Source: Candidatus Moanibacter sp.
GTDB lineage: Bacteria; Verrucomicrobiota; Verrucomicrobiia; Opitutales; UBA2987
Direction of reading: 5' to 3'
NCBI GenBank assembly: GCA_965215885.1
Contig: CBDCEW010000083.1
Span: forward strand, 1 to 64,000
Length of the DNA: 64,000 bases
Part shown: piece by piece, positions 41,430 through 51,616 of the stretch
How positions within the stretch are numbered: position 1 is the stretch's first letter
How the letters are laid out: each line of letters begins with the position of its first letter
Position numbers and translations under genes: made by a program
Notes under the pieces: generated by a model
What the model was told of the DNA's origin: nothing
The model's input: only the letters and a program-made list of their open reading frames with translations
Database searches by the model: none

Positions 41430-42155
41430 GAGGCTGCCGTGCATATTTTCCAGCAGGACGTTTTCCGCCTTTCGAATTGCATCGGGATCATCCACGTCTA
41501 CCCAAAACCGACCACGAAACTCGGCAGCGTTAGCCCGACCCTCTTCCGCTAGAACGCGCACTCCGCCGCTCAGACTGAAATCGCCTCGCTCGATGATACT
41601 CTTATCAAGAGCCTCAAAAATGGCCGGACTGCACATGAAGATACCGGTATCGAATCCGTTGAAGTCGTCCAACCCTTTACCTATACTCCGTATCTTTCCC
41701 CCCTGCACCTTTACCCGGGTGACATCATCCATATCGACGGTAGAGTTCCGCGTATCCCGATCCACCGCCAGATTGATTTCATCCAAACGCAGAGGCACTT
41801 CGATCAACTCTCTCAAAGTACTGGAATCGAAAATGTGATCGGCCATAAGGAGTAAAAATGGTTCGTCAATATAGGCCTTCGCCTTCAAAACCGAGAGGCC
41901 GTTCTCCTTCTCCCACTCTTCGTTGTATATTGGGGTGATGGGGACCTCAAGGCGCGCCGAAAGGTCTTCGAGAAACGCCGTTACGAGATCCTTGTTAAAT
42001 CCTACGACGACGAAAAATTCGCCTACTCCGGCATCCATCGCAGAACGGATTACTCGTTCGATGAGAGGAACGCCAAAGACCGGAATAAGGGGTTTGCTGT
42101 TACCCCGTAACTGTAATCGACTCCCTTTTCCGGCCGCTATGATCAGACACTTCAT
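41427..42155 (-). CDS. NTP transferase, inositol-1-phosphate cytidylyltransferase (IPCT)/LicC-like
   Basis: IIAAGKGSRL, KPL, ENGLS, LMADH, DTGIF, WVDVDD; directly follows inositol-3-phosphate synthase. Confidence 0.85.
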   Translation of the reverse strand: MKCLIIAAGKGSRLQLRGNSKPLIPVFGVPLIERVIRSAMDAGVGEFFVVVGFNKDLVTAFLEDLSARLEVPITPIYNEEWEKENGLSVLKAKAYIDEPFLLLMADHIFDSSTLRELIEVPLRLDEINLAVDRDTRNSTVDMDDVTRVKVQGGKIRSIGKGLDDFNGFDTGIFMCSPAIFEALDKSIIERGDFSLSGGVRVLAEEGRANAAEFRGRFWVDVDDPDAIRKAENVLLENMHGSL

Positions 42156-43266
42156 TCTTCGAACGACCCTCTTCCATTTCGATGATGAATCGCTCCATCA
42201 TATGAAATGCCTCGTCATCGGTGAATTGCCGAGGCGGATGTTTGCAGAAATACGCTGAAGGCGCGTAGAGAATGCCACCCTTACCGCAATCCAATGCCAG
42301 CTTCGCGCATCGGATGGCGTCAATTGCCACTCCCGCGGAGTTGGGGGAATCTTCCACGGAGAGTCGCACCTCGAGATTCATCGGCACATTGCCGAAAAGA
42401 AGCCCTTCCATCCGGATAAACGCTACCTTGTTATCCTTCTGCCAGGGGACGTAGTCGCTCGGCCCGATATGGATGCTGTCTTCATCCATTCGACACGCTG
42501 TAACAGACTGCACGGCTTCTGTCTTGGAGATCTTTTTCGATGCTAACCGGCTTCTGCTGAGCATATTTAGAAAATCCGTGTTACCACCCGTGTTAAGCTG
42601 ATAAGTACGCTCCAGCTTAACGCCCCGTTTTTTGAACAGGTCCGTCAACGTGCGATGCGCGATGGTTGCGCCCAACTGCGCTTTAATATCGTCGCCAATG
42701 ATCGGAAGCCCCTTCTCTTCAAAGCGTTTCGCCCACTCCGGATCACTCGCAATAAAGACCGGCATGTTGTTGATGAAGGCCACATTCGCCTCTAACGCGC
42801 ACCTGGCATAAAATCGGGTCGCCTCCTCCGATCCGACGGGTAGATAGTTCAATAGGATCTCCACTCCAGACTCTATGATCGCCTCGACAATCTCATCCTC
42901 CGTCAGCTCCGCTTCGCTTGACAGAACGAATGTCTGCCTCTCCTTGAAATCCTTCATGTGCTCGGCGAACCCGTCTATCAGCTTACCCATCTTTACCTGC
43001 ACACCGGCTTTCGGTAAATCACCGCAGAATACAGTGGTGCAATTCGGCGCCTCAAAGATTGCTTCATTGACGTCTTTGCCGACTTTTCGAGCGTCGATGT
43101 CGAACGCAGCCACCACTTCGATATCACTCGGCTTGTAGTCGCCGAGTTCCGGATGCATCAAGCCGATCGCATTCTCGAGGTTTTCCTCATTATAATAGTG
43201 GATTCCTTGAATCAGCGAACTCGCACAATTTCCGACTCCGACAATCGCAATTTTTATTTTGCTCAT
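42100..43266 (-). CDS. ino1: Inositol-3-phosphate synthase
   Basis: GVGNCASSL, NYLPVGS, GDDIKAQLGAT, QLNTGGNTDF, EDSPNSAG. Confidence 0.95.
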   Translation of the reverse strand: MSKIKIAIVGVGNCASSLIQGIHYYNEENLENAIGLMHPELGDYKPSDIEVVAAFDIDARKVGKDVNEAIFEAPNCTTVFCGDLPKAGVQVKMGKLIDGFAEHMKDFKERQTFVLSSEAELTEDEIVEAIIESGVEILLNYLPVGSEEATRFYARCALEANVAFINNMPVFIASDPEWAKRFEEKGLPIIGDDIKAQLGATIAHRTLTDLFKKRGVKLERTYQLNTGGNTDFLNMLSRSRLASKKISKTEAVQSVTACRMDEDSIHIGPSDYVPWQKDNKVAFIRMEGLLFGNVPMNLEVRLSVEDSPNSAGVAIDAIRCAKLALDCGKGGILYAPSAYFCKHPPRQFTDDEAFHMMERFIIEMEEGRSKNEVSDHSGRKRESITVTG

Positions 43267-43304
43267 ACCTAAATCTTTCCCTTAGCGGCTTTTATGTCAA
43301 GAGT

Positions 43305-45923
43305 TCAACGCTTCTTCCGCAGGAGGTAAAACGCCGGCAGCAAGAGCAGAGTAGTCGCCATCGTGAGGAGAACTCCGAGTGTTAGCAGCTTCCCCATACT
43401 TGCCGTTCCCTGATGGCTCAGGAAAATGAGAGTGCCGAAACTGAAAACCGTAGTAAGAGCGCTGAAAAGGACACCTCTCGCAGTGCTGGTCTTGAGGAAA
43501 TCAGAATCCGAGTCAGCCAATTTTCGCATCCTGTGCACCATATGTATTCCATTGTCGACCCCGAGCCCAAGGAGGAGCGGCAACGCGATAATATTAGCGA
43601 AGTTGAATGGTATCTGTAAGAATACGGTAGAGGCTCCCGTGAATAGTCCAGCAACCAACAGGGGAAAGAGAACATAGAGAGAGTCCACAAAGTTTCGCAG
43701 GACAATAAAGAGCAAAATCGAGATGAGAATTACCGCGCTGACAAAGGCCTGTTTAAACGAGCCGACCACGGCCCGGCCGGATTCGTAGGTAAAAATCGGA
43801 CCGGAAGTAGCATCCGGCTCTACCGTTCTAACGTCCCACACAAATTTCTCGAGAGCGTCGTTATCTGAAATATCTTCTTCAGCAAAAACCTGAATACGAA
43901 TCCCGCCATCTTCGCTCACCCACCGTTCGAACAGATCGCGCGGCAGATCTTTACGATTGAACGGCTCAGCCAAAAAAGCTTTCTTGAGCGTTCCCAAAGC
44001 AAACTGCAAGGTGCCCGTCAAACTTTTCTCAAGACTTTCCAGCCTCGGCTCACGCATTTCCACATTATTCGATTCGACGGCAGCGATAAAATCCTTCAAC
44101 TGAACCGCCATCCGGGAAAGCTGCGCCCGCGCCGCAACTTCAGGGTATTCACTCAGTTTAGCCAGAAAATCTTCGATCTGCTCTATCTGTTCGTCCGAAC
44201 TGGGCTTCGTCGTCTCGGGTAAATCGAGCAGAGAGGTTCCGATGATTAAATCCAGATCATCGATCAGGAGCATCTTTTCATCCTGATCCGTCGGCATGAA
44301 ATCATGGATCGATACCACCTTGTCGACCGTTTCCAGTTTCTCCAGGCGTTCGACAGTTTTTCGTGAATTCTCCTCATCATTTGCCAGCACAACTATGGTG
44401 GAGGGATGCTTTCCGCTGTCCCGGATTATGTCCATTATAGCCTCGATCGATTCCGTCTTCTGATCACGCAATTTAATTGGATCGAATTCAAACTTTGCCA
44501 GCGGAAGCGAAACTAGAGAACCAAAGACCAGCACGACGGCACACCATCGAATGAGGCGCGCGTGACGGTAGACGATTGATTTATTCTCAATTGAGGCACC
44601 CGCACCCTCGGCAGCCCCCGATTTCCTGCCTTTTTCGATTTGGAAGAGTCGAATTAACGCCGGTAGAACCGTCAGGCTTATTGCGAGACTGATGAACATA
44701 CCCGTCCCGGAAATGAGCCCGAGTTCAGATACACCAGCGTAGGCGGTCGGAATAAATGAGTAAAAACCGATCGCGGTGGAGACCGTACACATCAAAAGCG
44801 ATGGACCGATATCCAGGATACTCTCTCGTATCGCCTCTTCTTGGGAAATACCCTCTGCCACCAGCTCCTTGTAGCGCAGACAGAGGTGTATGGCATAATC
44901 GACGCCCATACCGATATAGAGCACCGCAAAAGCGATGGAGATCAGGTTCAGGTGTCCAACCGCAAGAGTGGCGAATCCCGCCGTCAAAATGATACCCATG
45001 ATGAGGGATAAGAGAGTCGCAAACACCATGGGAAGGGAGCGAAGTCCCGTAAACAGACAGAGGCACACCAATACCAGCGATGCGACACCGGCTCGGGTCG
45101 AACCCTCCATCAAACCAACCATCTCTTCGTGTCCCACTGCAGCGCCGCCCGTGGTGCGTACCCGAATACCCCATTTTCGCTCCAATTCCAGTTCATCTCC
45201 TATCGCCCCAATCACATCGAGGGCTTCCCCCGCGGGAAATAGTCTGCTATAATCAAACCGAGGACGCACGATCACTAGCGTTCGACGATCAATGATATCC
45301 GATTCGCTGTCGCCCATGACATCCTGCCACGACAACGCAAAGGGCTCTCCATTGAGATTGGCTGTAAGCGCCCGATTGATATTTCCAAATAGCGAATTCA
45401 GGTCTATATCGGGATCGTCATCGAGTAGCTCTACGGCCGTCTCGAGCATTTCAAAAAGCCCGCGTAGAGTCGGATCCTGGTACAGCGAAACCATGGCCGG
45501 CTGGGCCCGCGCCAGATCGTTAGTCAGGTCTTCAAGTTCCTCGATATCCAGGAAAAGCAACCCGTTTTGCTCCAGAAAATCTCCTCCCCTCGGCAGATAG
45601 GTATCGATAAAAATCTCCTCTTTCTCACCCAACCGGTCCGCCAGAATGCGGGCCGCCTCTTTTGAGTATTCGGGTGTGTCCGCCTCCACCACGACGATGA
45701 GCAAACCGATATGCCTGGGAAAGGCTGCCTTATACTCAGCGTAGATCCGCCTGAATGGCAGATCGGTCGATATCATTTCGTTGGCGTCGGTATTGAAACC
45801 TAGATTTCGAACCACGTAAACCGCGGTTGCAGCAGTGAACAAAAGGCCGGCGATGACAACCCAAAGGGCATAATGATAGACCCCCTTACCGATCCAGGTC
45901 AGTGTTCGTGTTATTATCCCCAT
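43305..45923 (-). CDS. hpnN: Hopanoid-associated RND/MMPL transporter
   Basis: Two TM blocks with IGMGVDYAIH and GLGVDNGIH; downstream of shc-hpnG. Confidence 0.88.
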   Translation of the reverse strand: MGIITRTLTWIGKGVYHYALWVVIAGLLFTAATAVYVVRNLGFNTDANEMISTDLPFRRIYAEYKAAFPRHIGLLIVVVEADTPEYSKEAARILADRLGEKEEIFIDTYLPRGGDFLEQNGLLFLDIEELEDLTNDLARAQPAMVSLYQDPTLRGLFEMLETAVELLDDDPDIDLNSLFGNINRALTANLNGEPFALSWQDVMGDSESDIIDRRTLVIVRPRFDYSRLFPAGEALDVIGAIGDELELERKWGIRVRTTGGAAVGHEEMVGLMEGSTRAGVASLVLVCLCLFTGLRSLPMVFATLLSLIMGIILTAGFATLAVGHLNLISIAFAVLYIGMGVDYAIHLCLRYKELVAEGISQEEAIRESILDIGPSLLMCTVSTAIGFYSFIPTAYAGVSELGLISGTGMFISLAISLTVLPALIRLFQIEKGRKSGAAEGAGASIENKSIVYRHARLIRWCAVVLVFGSLVSLPLAKFEFDPIKLRDQKTESIEAIMDIIRDSGKHPSTIVVLANDEENSRKTVERLEKLETVDKVVSIHDFMPTDQDEKMLLIDDLDLIIGTSLLDLPETTKPSSDEQIEQIEDFLAKLSEYPEVAARAQLSRMAVQLKDFIAAVESNNVEMREPRLESLEKSLTGTLQFALGTLKKAFLAEPFNRKDLPRDLFERWVSEDGGIRIQVFAEEDISDNDALEKFVWDVRTVEPDATSGPIFTYESGRAVVGSFKQAFVSAVILISILLFIVLRNFVDSLYVLFPLLVAGLFTGASTVFLQIPFNFANIIALPLLLGLGVDNGIHMVHRMRKLADSDSDFLKTSTARGVLFSALTTVFSFGTLIFLSHQGTASMGKLLTLGVLLTMATTLLLLPAFYLLRKKR

Positions 45924-45927
45924 TGTT

Positions 45928-46653
45928 TCATATACCTAAAAAGAAACTGTCCGACTCCCGCAAATGGTTCGCGACCCGCTTCAAAGTTTTCTCGGCCTCG
46001 CCAAACTGCCGGGCGAGTTTCATCAATGCCGGTAATTCGTAAGGACGAAACATCAATCGCAAAAACACTTTCAGTCTTCTCGCCGTCCCATGAGTTTTAT
46101 CCATAGAGCTTTGAACGCATTGCGGTATTCCTGAATCATATCCATCAGCAACCGCGCAGACGGCAAGAAACGGCTTCTTTCTCCTCTTCGCAACAGCGGC
46201 TGCCGGGGCGCTTTCCATGTCCACGATATCCGCACCCCACCGCTCCCGCAGCAATCGTTTTCCCGCGGGTTGGGCGACTAGATTATCGCTGTGGATAAGG
46301 CACCCTCCATTCGGGGTAACCGATCCCGATAACCGATCGTAGAGCCGATTCCTCCATTCGGCATCGACCGTGAGCTCGTCCTGACCGTCTCTCATCAACC
46401 GCTCGGGCAACACAAGATCGCCCGCCTTCAACCGGGGATTGAGGGACGCTGCACATCCCCATTTCATGAGCCCATCGGCTCCTGATTCCACCAGTGCCTC
46501 ACTCGCCTTGTGCGCATTTTCGGGCCCCATTCCGGAACAGAGACATATAATACCGGATTCGATCTCAATCAATTTTCCAGTGCGGCCATTCTCAGGCGTT
46601 AAACTTCCCAGCTCTTCAGGAAGGGCGACAACGATACCAAGCACAGTCTTCAC
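45928..46653 (-). CDS. hpnG: Hopanoid-associated phosphorylase (adenosylhopane nucleosidase)
   Basis: PNP/MTA nucleosidase fold, SGMG, VDMES, AVAD; overlaps the shc stop. Confidence 0.85.
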   Translation of the reverse strand: MKTVLGIVVALPEELGSLTPENGRTGKLIEIESGIICLCSGMGPENAHKASEALVESGADGLMKWGCAASLNPRLKAGDLVLPERLMRDGQDELTVDAEWRNRLYDRLSGSVTPNGGCLIHSDNLVAQPAGKRLLRERWGADIVDMESAPAAAVAKRRKKPFLAVCAVADGYDSGIPQCVQSSMDKTHGTARRLKVFLRLMFRPYELPALMKLARQFGEAEKTLKRVANHLRESDSFFLGI

Positions 46654-48629
46654 GCATTCCCATCCCGCTTTTCAATTGTTTGCAACCGTCGATACCGGCT
46701 CAAAGCCCACAACGGGAAGAATTTATCGTACCCGTGATATTTCAGATAGAACACCCTGGGGAAACCCGGAGCCGTAAATCCTTCGTCCTCCCAAAGGCCA
46801 CCGGCCGACTGTCTTTCCAGGAGAAAGCGAATTCCCCTTTCTACAGCCGAGGAGTTTACCTCTCCGCCCGCCAACAAACCGAGAACAGCCCAGGCAGTCT
46901 GAAAGGAATTACTCTGCTCGGCCCTTCCCCGTGCTTCCACCATGGTGTATGAGTCATTGCTTTCTCCCCACCCCCCATCTACGCGTTGCCTCTCTTTAAG
47001 CCAATCGATCGCCTTGCGAATTACGGGATCGTTCTTTCCGATTCCAGCCAGTTCAAATGCAATCAATACCGACCACGTGCCGTAGATATAGTTCGTGCCC
47101 CAGCGCCCGAACCAGGAACCATCCTCTTCCTGCTCCTCTCTCAGAAATTTGAGACAGGAATGTAGCACCGGCCGATAGGTTTCCCTTCCACCTTTCATGG
47201 CCGACAGAAACATCAGGCACCGCGCGCTCACGTCACTCGTAGGTGGATCAAGCAAAGCTCCGTGATCCGCAAATGGAATCTCGTTGAGATAGTAATAGCA
47301 GTTGTCAGCATCAAACGCCGCAAAACCTCCGTTCTTCGATTGCATTCCGGCCAACCATTCCGCCGCCCTCTTCACCGGCTCCTCAAAATGATCCTCCTCG
47401 CTTCTCACCATGGCCAAAGCGGCCACCGCCGTGTCATCGAGATCCGGATAATGCGAGTTCCGAAATTGGAAGGGCCATCCTCCCCCGCGAAGGTTCGGCC
47501 GGTATTCGCTCCAGTCACCCGGTTGATCGAGAAGCTGCAAACCGACAAGCCATTCCAGGGCACGGTTGACCGAGAGCATCATTTCCGGCTCTCGCCCTTC
47601 CAGAAGGGTGAGGCTCGCCAGCGCCGTATCCCACACCGGAGAAACACACGGCTGGCAGTAGGCTCTCTCCTCCTCGACCACAAGCAGTTTTCTAATCGCC
47701 AACCGTGCTGTCACACAGTAGGGGTGGTCCGCCGCATAGCCGAGGCAGCGGAGCGCTTCGTAGGCATTGACCATGGCGGGAAATATTGCGCCCAACCCAC
47801 TATCTCCATTCAGGCGTTCGACAAACCACTCTTCCGCCTTTTTTAAAGCGTGCCGCCGCAGAGAGCGTGGAATGACAGGTTCAAGAGTGCGCCCTAATTT
47901 ATCAAAGCCGAGAAAAAGATAATTGAGGCACGAGCGAACCGGAAAATAGTCCCTCTCTTCTTCAGGCGCCATAGTAAAAAGCTCACGGATGGATATGTTC
48001 CTGGGATTTTTTGCTCTTGGCTTAAGGGTGCAGAGAATAATGAGAGGCACCATAACCGTTCGGGACCAATACGATATTTTGAGAAGGTGAAAGGGAAACC
48101 ACCGGGGAAGAAGCACGATTTCCACTGGGATAAACGGCACCCCTCTCCATGGAATCTGTTCAAATAATGCGAGCGCGATTCGCGTGAAAACGTTGCACCG
48201 GGCGGCGCCCCCCATCGCCAGAACCCTCTCACGCGCAATCGCCATGTGCGGCGCCTCCGGAAAGTCACCGATGAGCTTCAGGGCGAAATAAGCCTTTACG
48301 GTGCAGCTCACATTCGCTTCCCCGCCCGTATATAGTGGCCAACCTCCATCTTCCATCTGACGTTCCCTGATATAAACCCCAATCTTTGCCTCCAAATCTT
48401 CATCGATCTCATCCAGATAGTGCATCATTAGCACATACTCTGCCGGGATGGTACAGTCGGCCTCCAATTCAAAACACCAGTACCCATCCGGATGTTGCAG
48501 CTCCAGCAAAGCGCGCTGGGCCCTCTCTATCGCCTCACCGATGAGCCCCAGCTGAGGCTCATCTCCCGCTAGTCCCGGCAAGCCGGGATCGGACTTTATG
48601 CTTCTTTCGAAGGATTTATTCGGTTTCAT
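46650..48629 (-). CDS. shc: Squalene-hopene cyclase
   Basis: YPDLDDTA (DxDD), multiple QW repeats, GRWGTNYIYGT, GFPRVFYLKY. Confidence 0.97.
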   Translation of the reverse strand: MKPNKSFERSIKSDPGLPGLAGDEPQLGLIGEAIERAQRALLELQHPDGYWCFELEADCTIPAEYVLMMHYLDEIDEDLEAKIGVYIRERQMEDGGWPLYTGGEANVSCTVKAYFALKLIGDFPEAPHMAIARERVLAMGGAARCNVFTRIALALFEQIPWRGVPFIPVEIVLLPRWFPFHLLKISYWSRTVMVPLIILCTLKPRAKNPRNISIRELFTMAPEEERDYFPVRSCLNYLFLGFDKLGRTLEPVIPRSLRRHALKKAEEWFVERLNGDSGLGAIFPAMVNAYEALRCLGYAADHPYCVTARLAIRKLLVVEEERAYCQPCVSPVWDTALASLTLLEGREPEMMLSVNRALEWLVGLQLLDQPGDWSEYRPNLRGGGWPFQFRNSHYPDLDDTAVAALAMVRSEEDHFEEPVKRAAEWLAGMQSKNGGFAAFDADNCYYYLNEIPFADHGALLDPPTSDVSARCLMFLSAMKGGRETYRPVLHSCLKFLREEQEEDGSWFGRWGTNYIYGTWSVLIAFELAGIGKNDPVIRKAIDWLKERQRVDGGWGESNDSYTMVEARGRAEQSNSFQTAWAVLGLLAGGEVNSSAVERGIRFLLERQSAGGLWEDEGFTAPGFPRVFYLKYHGYDKFFPLWALSRYRRLQTIEKRDGNA

Positions 48630-48737
48630 TCCGATCCCGGCCTGCCGGGACTAGCAATAAGAAAATGAATCCGCCATCGCCAAGTTCGATTTCAGTTGTC
48701 TCTACGAGCCTGTCGGCAAAGTCCGACTGGCTCCTAG

Positions 48738-49838
48738 CTAGGAATCAGCATGCGGTAACCGCATCCCGGCAAGGTAGAAAAGTGACTTAAGCAAGGTGTC
48801 GCTTGTGACCGTAATTTGGGTAGCAAGAATCGTTGCCTTCACGCTCCTGCGTGAGATCTTTACCTCGTTGCCGTGCGCAAATGCTCGATTCGTATTAATG
48901 TTTCGCAAGGTCAGCACAGCCATACCGATATTCCAAAGGCAGAATTTCCTGATGCCGGTCTCTCTTTTTGGGACAAGCAAAGTGTAGGTGAGCGCCTTGT
49001 TCAGATGCCCATGGGCGACTCCTATGAGACATTCCAACCCTCTTGAGAAACCTTCACTTCTATGCACGCTCGCCAGATCCCTCAATTCGATACCCTCCCT
49101 GGAAAACACATCCCGTGGTAACCAGCATGCGGATCGTTTCTTATCATCCCAAATGTCCTTTAGTATATTGGTCATCTGTAAACCTTGTCCAAATGACACA
49201 GCCAGCTTCATCATTACATCACGATTTTTCGCTGTCTCCTCTGAGTAATGGCAGAACAATCTCGTCAGCAATTCCCCGACCACCCCTGCCACGAAATAGC
49301 AGTACCGATCCATTTCCGATAGATCCTGGAGCCCATCTTCGCACCCTTCGCTTTGAAAGTGGGCCATTCCGTTTGCCATTATGCGGATGCAGTTCTCTAG
49401 AATTTCTCGCACTTCTCTATCAAATTCACAGCTGATGCGGATCACCCGGGGAGTCACCTGGATCAGCTCTCGCTCCTCGGGAATAGTCTCTTCCGAAAGG
49501 AGCGGAAACAGGTCATCGGCAAACGCTTCAGCGCCATCGTTCCCGGCTACTACTCTGACAAATCGCTCACAATAATCCTGCTTTTCTTTCGCTTTTAAGG
49601 CCGGTTCGTCTTCGATCGTATCGACGATGCGGCATAAGAGATAGGCGTTCGACACGACAAAGCGAAGCTCAGAGGGAAGCTGTGGAATCGTCAGGGCAAA
49701 GGTCCGCGATACACCCTCTAAGAGATGGGCCTGGAATTCCTCATCATTCAAATTGGCCAAGCCGGTCGGGGAAGCTGGGTCTTCAGAAAAGCAAATTCCT
49801 CTATCTGCTACCGGGCCAATCATATCAGGTAACTCCAA
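48738..49838 (-). CDS. Squalene/phytoene synthase family (single-enzyme squalene synthase-like)
   Basis: VSRTFAL, YLLCRIVDTIED, YCYFVAGVVG, LQMTNILKD; immediately upstream of shc. Confidence 0.88.
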   Translation of the reverse strand: MELPDMIGPVADRGICFSEDPASPTGLANLNDEEFQAHLLEGVSRTFALTIPQLPSELRFVVSNAYLLCRIVDTIEDEPALKAKEKQDYCERFVRVVAGNDGAEAFADDLFPLLSEETIPEERELIQVTPRVIRISCEFDREVREILENCIRIMANGMAHFQSEGCEDGLQDLSEMDRYCYFVAGVVGELLTRLFCHYSEETAKNRDVMMKLAVSFGQGLQMTNILKDIWDDKKRSACWLPRDVFSREGIELRDLASVHRSEGFSRGLECLIGVAHGHLNKALTYTLLVPKRETGIRKFCLWNIGMAVLTLRNINTNRAFAHGNEVKISRRSVKATILATQITVTSDTLLKSLFYLAGMRLPHADS

Positions 49839-50182
49839 GGCGACGAGTAATTAAAAACGAGACCATTCACGAATACTGATGTCAAGCCAGGAATCTGTCC
49901 GCCCGCATTCGATTTTCGACTACGCTTATGATTACGATTGCGGATTGATCGGATATCCACTCGAATGTCGTCGTAATCGTAGTCGATCGTCGATTTCAGT
50001 CCTCCGAATTTCGTCTACGATTATGACCTACGACAAAAGATCGAACACATTCCTCCTTCTCCCATCGTGACTCTCAATCGTGATCTGATGTCGAAGGGCT
50101 CTTCCTCATTTTGACATTGACCGCTGGAGTGAGACGACCAATCATCAGAGGCACCGTATAAGCAGAATTAAAAAGGAATGCT

Positions 50183-51142
50183 ATGGATGTTGTTTTAGCA
50201 CAACCACGTGGATTTTGCGCCGGAGTCGTCCGTGCCATCGAGATTGTTGAATCCGCCTTGGACATTTACGGACCCCCGGTGTATGTCCATCATGAGATTG
50301 TCCACAATCAACGTGTTGTTGAGGATCTCCGGTCTCGAGGAGCCATTTTTACAGATGAACTGGAGGACGTTCCACCGGGAGCGCCCCTGATTTTCAGCGC
50401 CCATGGTGTGGCCACAGCAAAGGTCGAAGAGGCAAAGAGTCGTGGCCTCAATACTATCGATGCGACCTGTCCCCTTGTTACGAAGGTCCACCTCCAGGTC
50501 GTTCGCCACGCCCGACAGGCACGCGAAGTCATTCTCATCGGTCACGAACGGCATGTTGAGGTAAACGGCACTATCGGCCATTACGACAAGAGTTTTGGCG
50601 GCGATATCTATCTCGTCGAAACTGTCGATGATGTTGCCAAACTCAATGTCAAGAATCCGGAGGACCTCGCTTACGTTACGCAGACCACACTCTCCGTCGA
50701 CGACACCAAGGATATTATCGCGGCTCTCCGGGAGCGCTTTCCCGAAATCGTCGGTCCTCGCAAGGATGATATTTGCTACGCCACCCAGAATCGACAGTTG
50801 GCAGTTAAAGAAATGTCCGATGAGGTTGACACGCTTATCGTGGTCGGCGCACGCAATAGCTCAAATTCCAATCGCTTGCGCGAGGTCGGTGAACACAAGG
50901 GCTTGCGAGCCTATCTCGTACAGGACGCTGAAGATATGGAAGAATCGTGGTTCCAGGACGGTTCCCGCATAGGCGTCACGGCGGGCGCATCGGCCCCAGA
51001 GGTATTAGTCCAGGAGGTCCTTCAAAAACTTCAAGCATTGGGTCACACTGACATCAAACAGATGGAAGCCGAACCTGAGGGAGTCACCTTTCCACTTCCC
51101 TCTTCCTTGAGAGGAAAACTCTCCGAAACCGCGAACGCCTGA
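50183..51142 (+). CDS. ispH: 4-hydroxy-3-methylbut-2-enyl diphosphate reductase
   Basis: [33 protein letters not shown]. Confidence 0.97.
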   Translation: MDVVLAQPRGFCAGVVRAIEIVESALDIYGPPVYVHHEIVHNQRVVEDLRSRGAIFTDELEDVPPGAPLIFSAHGVATAKVEEAKSRGLNTIDATCPLVTKVHLQVVRHARQAREVILIGHERHVEVNGTIGHYDKSFGGDIYLVETVDDVAKLNVKNPEDLAYVTQTTLSVDDTKDIIAALRERFPEIVGPRKDDICYATQNRQLAVKEMSDEVDTLIVVGARNSSNSNRLREVGEHKGLRAYLVQDAEDMEESWFQDGSRIGVTAGASAPEVLVQEVLQKLQALGHTDIKQMEAEPEGVTFPLPSSLRGKLSETANA

Positions 51143-51281
51143 GTCGTTTTTCCTGAAACCGTCGATAGATTTAACTTGGTACTTTCCTGTCCCGGTATGC
51201 CAGGACAGCGCCGCTAGCTTTCTTTAGCATCATATACTTTACAGTTCACCTCCGCGGTGCGTGTTTAGGGGTATCGGAAAT

Positions 51282-51462
51282 CCCCCGGCCTCGCGCCGGG
51301 GATCATTAGGATTTCGTGCTAAATGGGGAGATATATATGCCGTTTCCCTGTGCCCCCTGACAGACGCTCGCGTCCGCGAGCGTCTGTCAGGGGGCACAGG
51401 AGTACGCACAGTGCTTGTAGCAACAGAAACCAGCGTCACCCCGGCGCGAGGCCCGGGGGAGC
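51282..51462. repeat. Nested palindromic (REPIN-like) element with the same outer arms as 10372-10558
   Basis: CCCCGGCCTCGCGCCGGGG ... CCCCGGCGCGAGGCC; inner perfect stem CCTGTGCCCCCTGACAGACGCTCGCG. Confidence 0.8.
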
Positions 51463-51616
51463 ATCAAAACGCTAAACAGATACCCTCCTCCGGAGGTGCT
51501 ATGGGTGGATATTCGGTCCTCACAAGATCAATCGACCAGACCCTGCTACATTCCGCAGAACCGTGTTTGGCAGCGGATTGCCCAAATTATAGGTAGAATT
51601 CAACTAATTCCCGACC

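Noticed and set aside
49905..50050. GATTACGA-type short repeats (also ~21765-21800) as a coding or regulatory array
   Set aside because: Short degenerate intergenic repeat; no ORF or regular period supports a function
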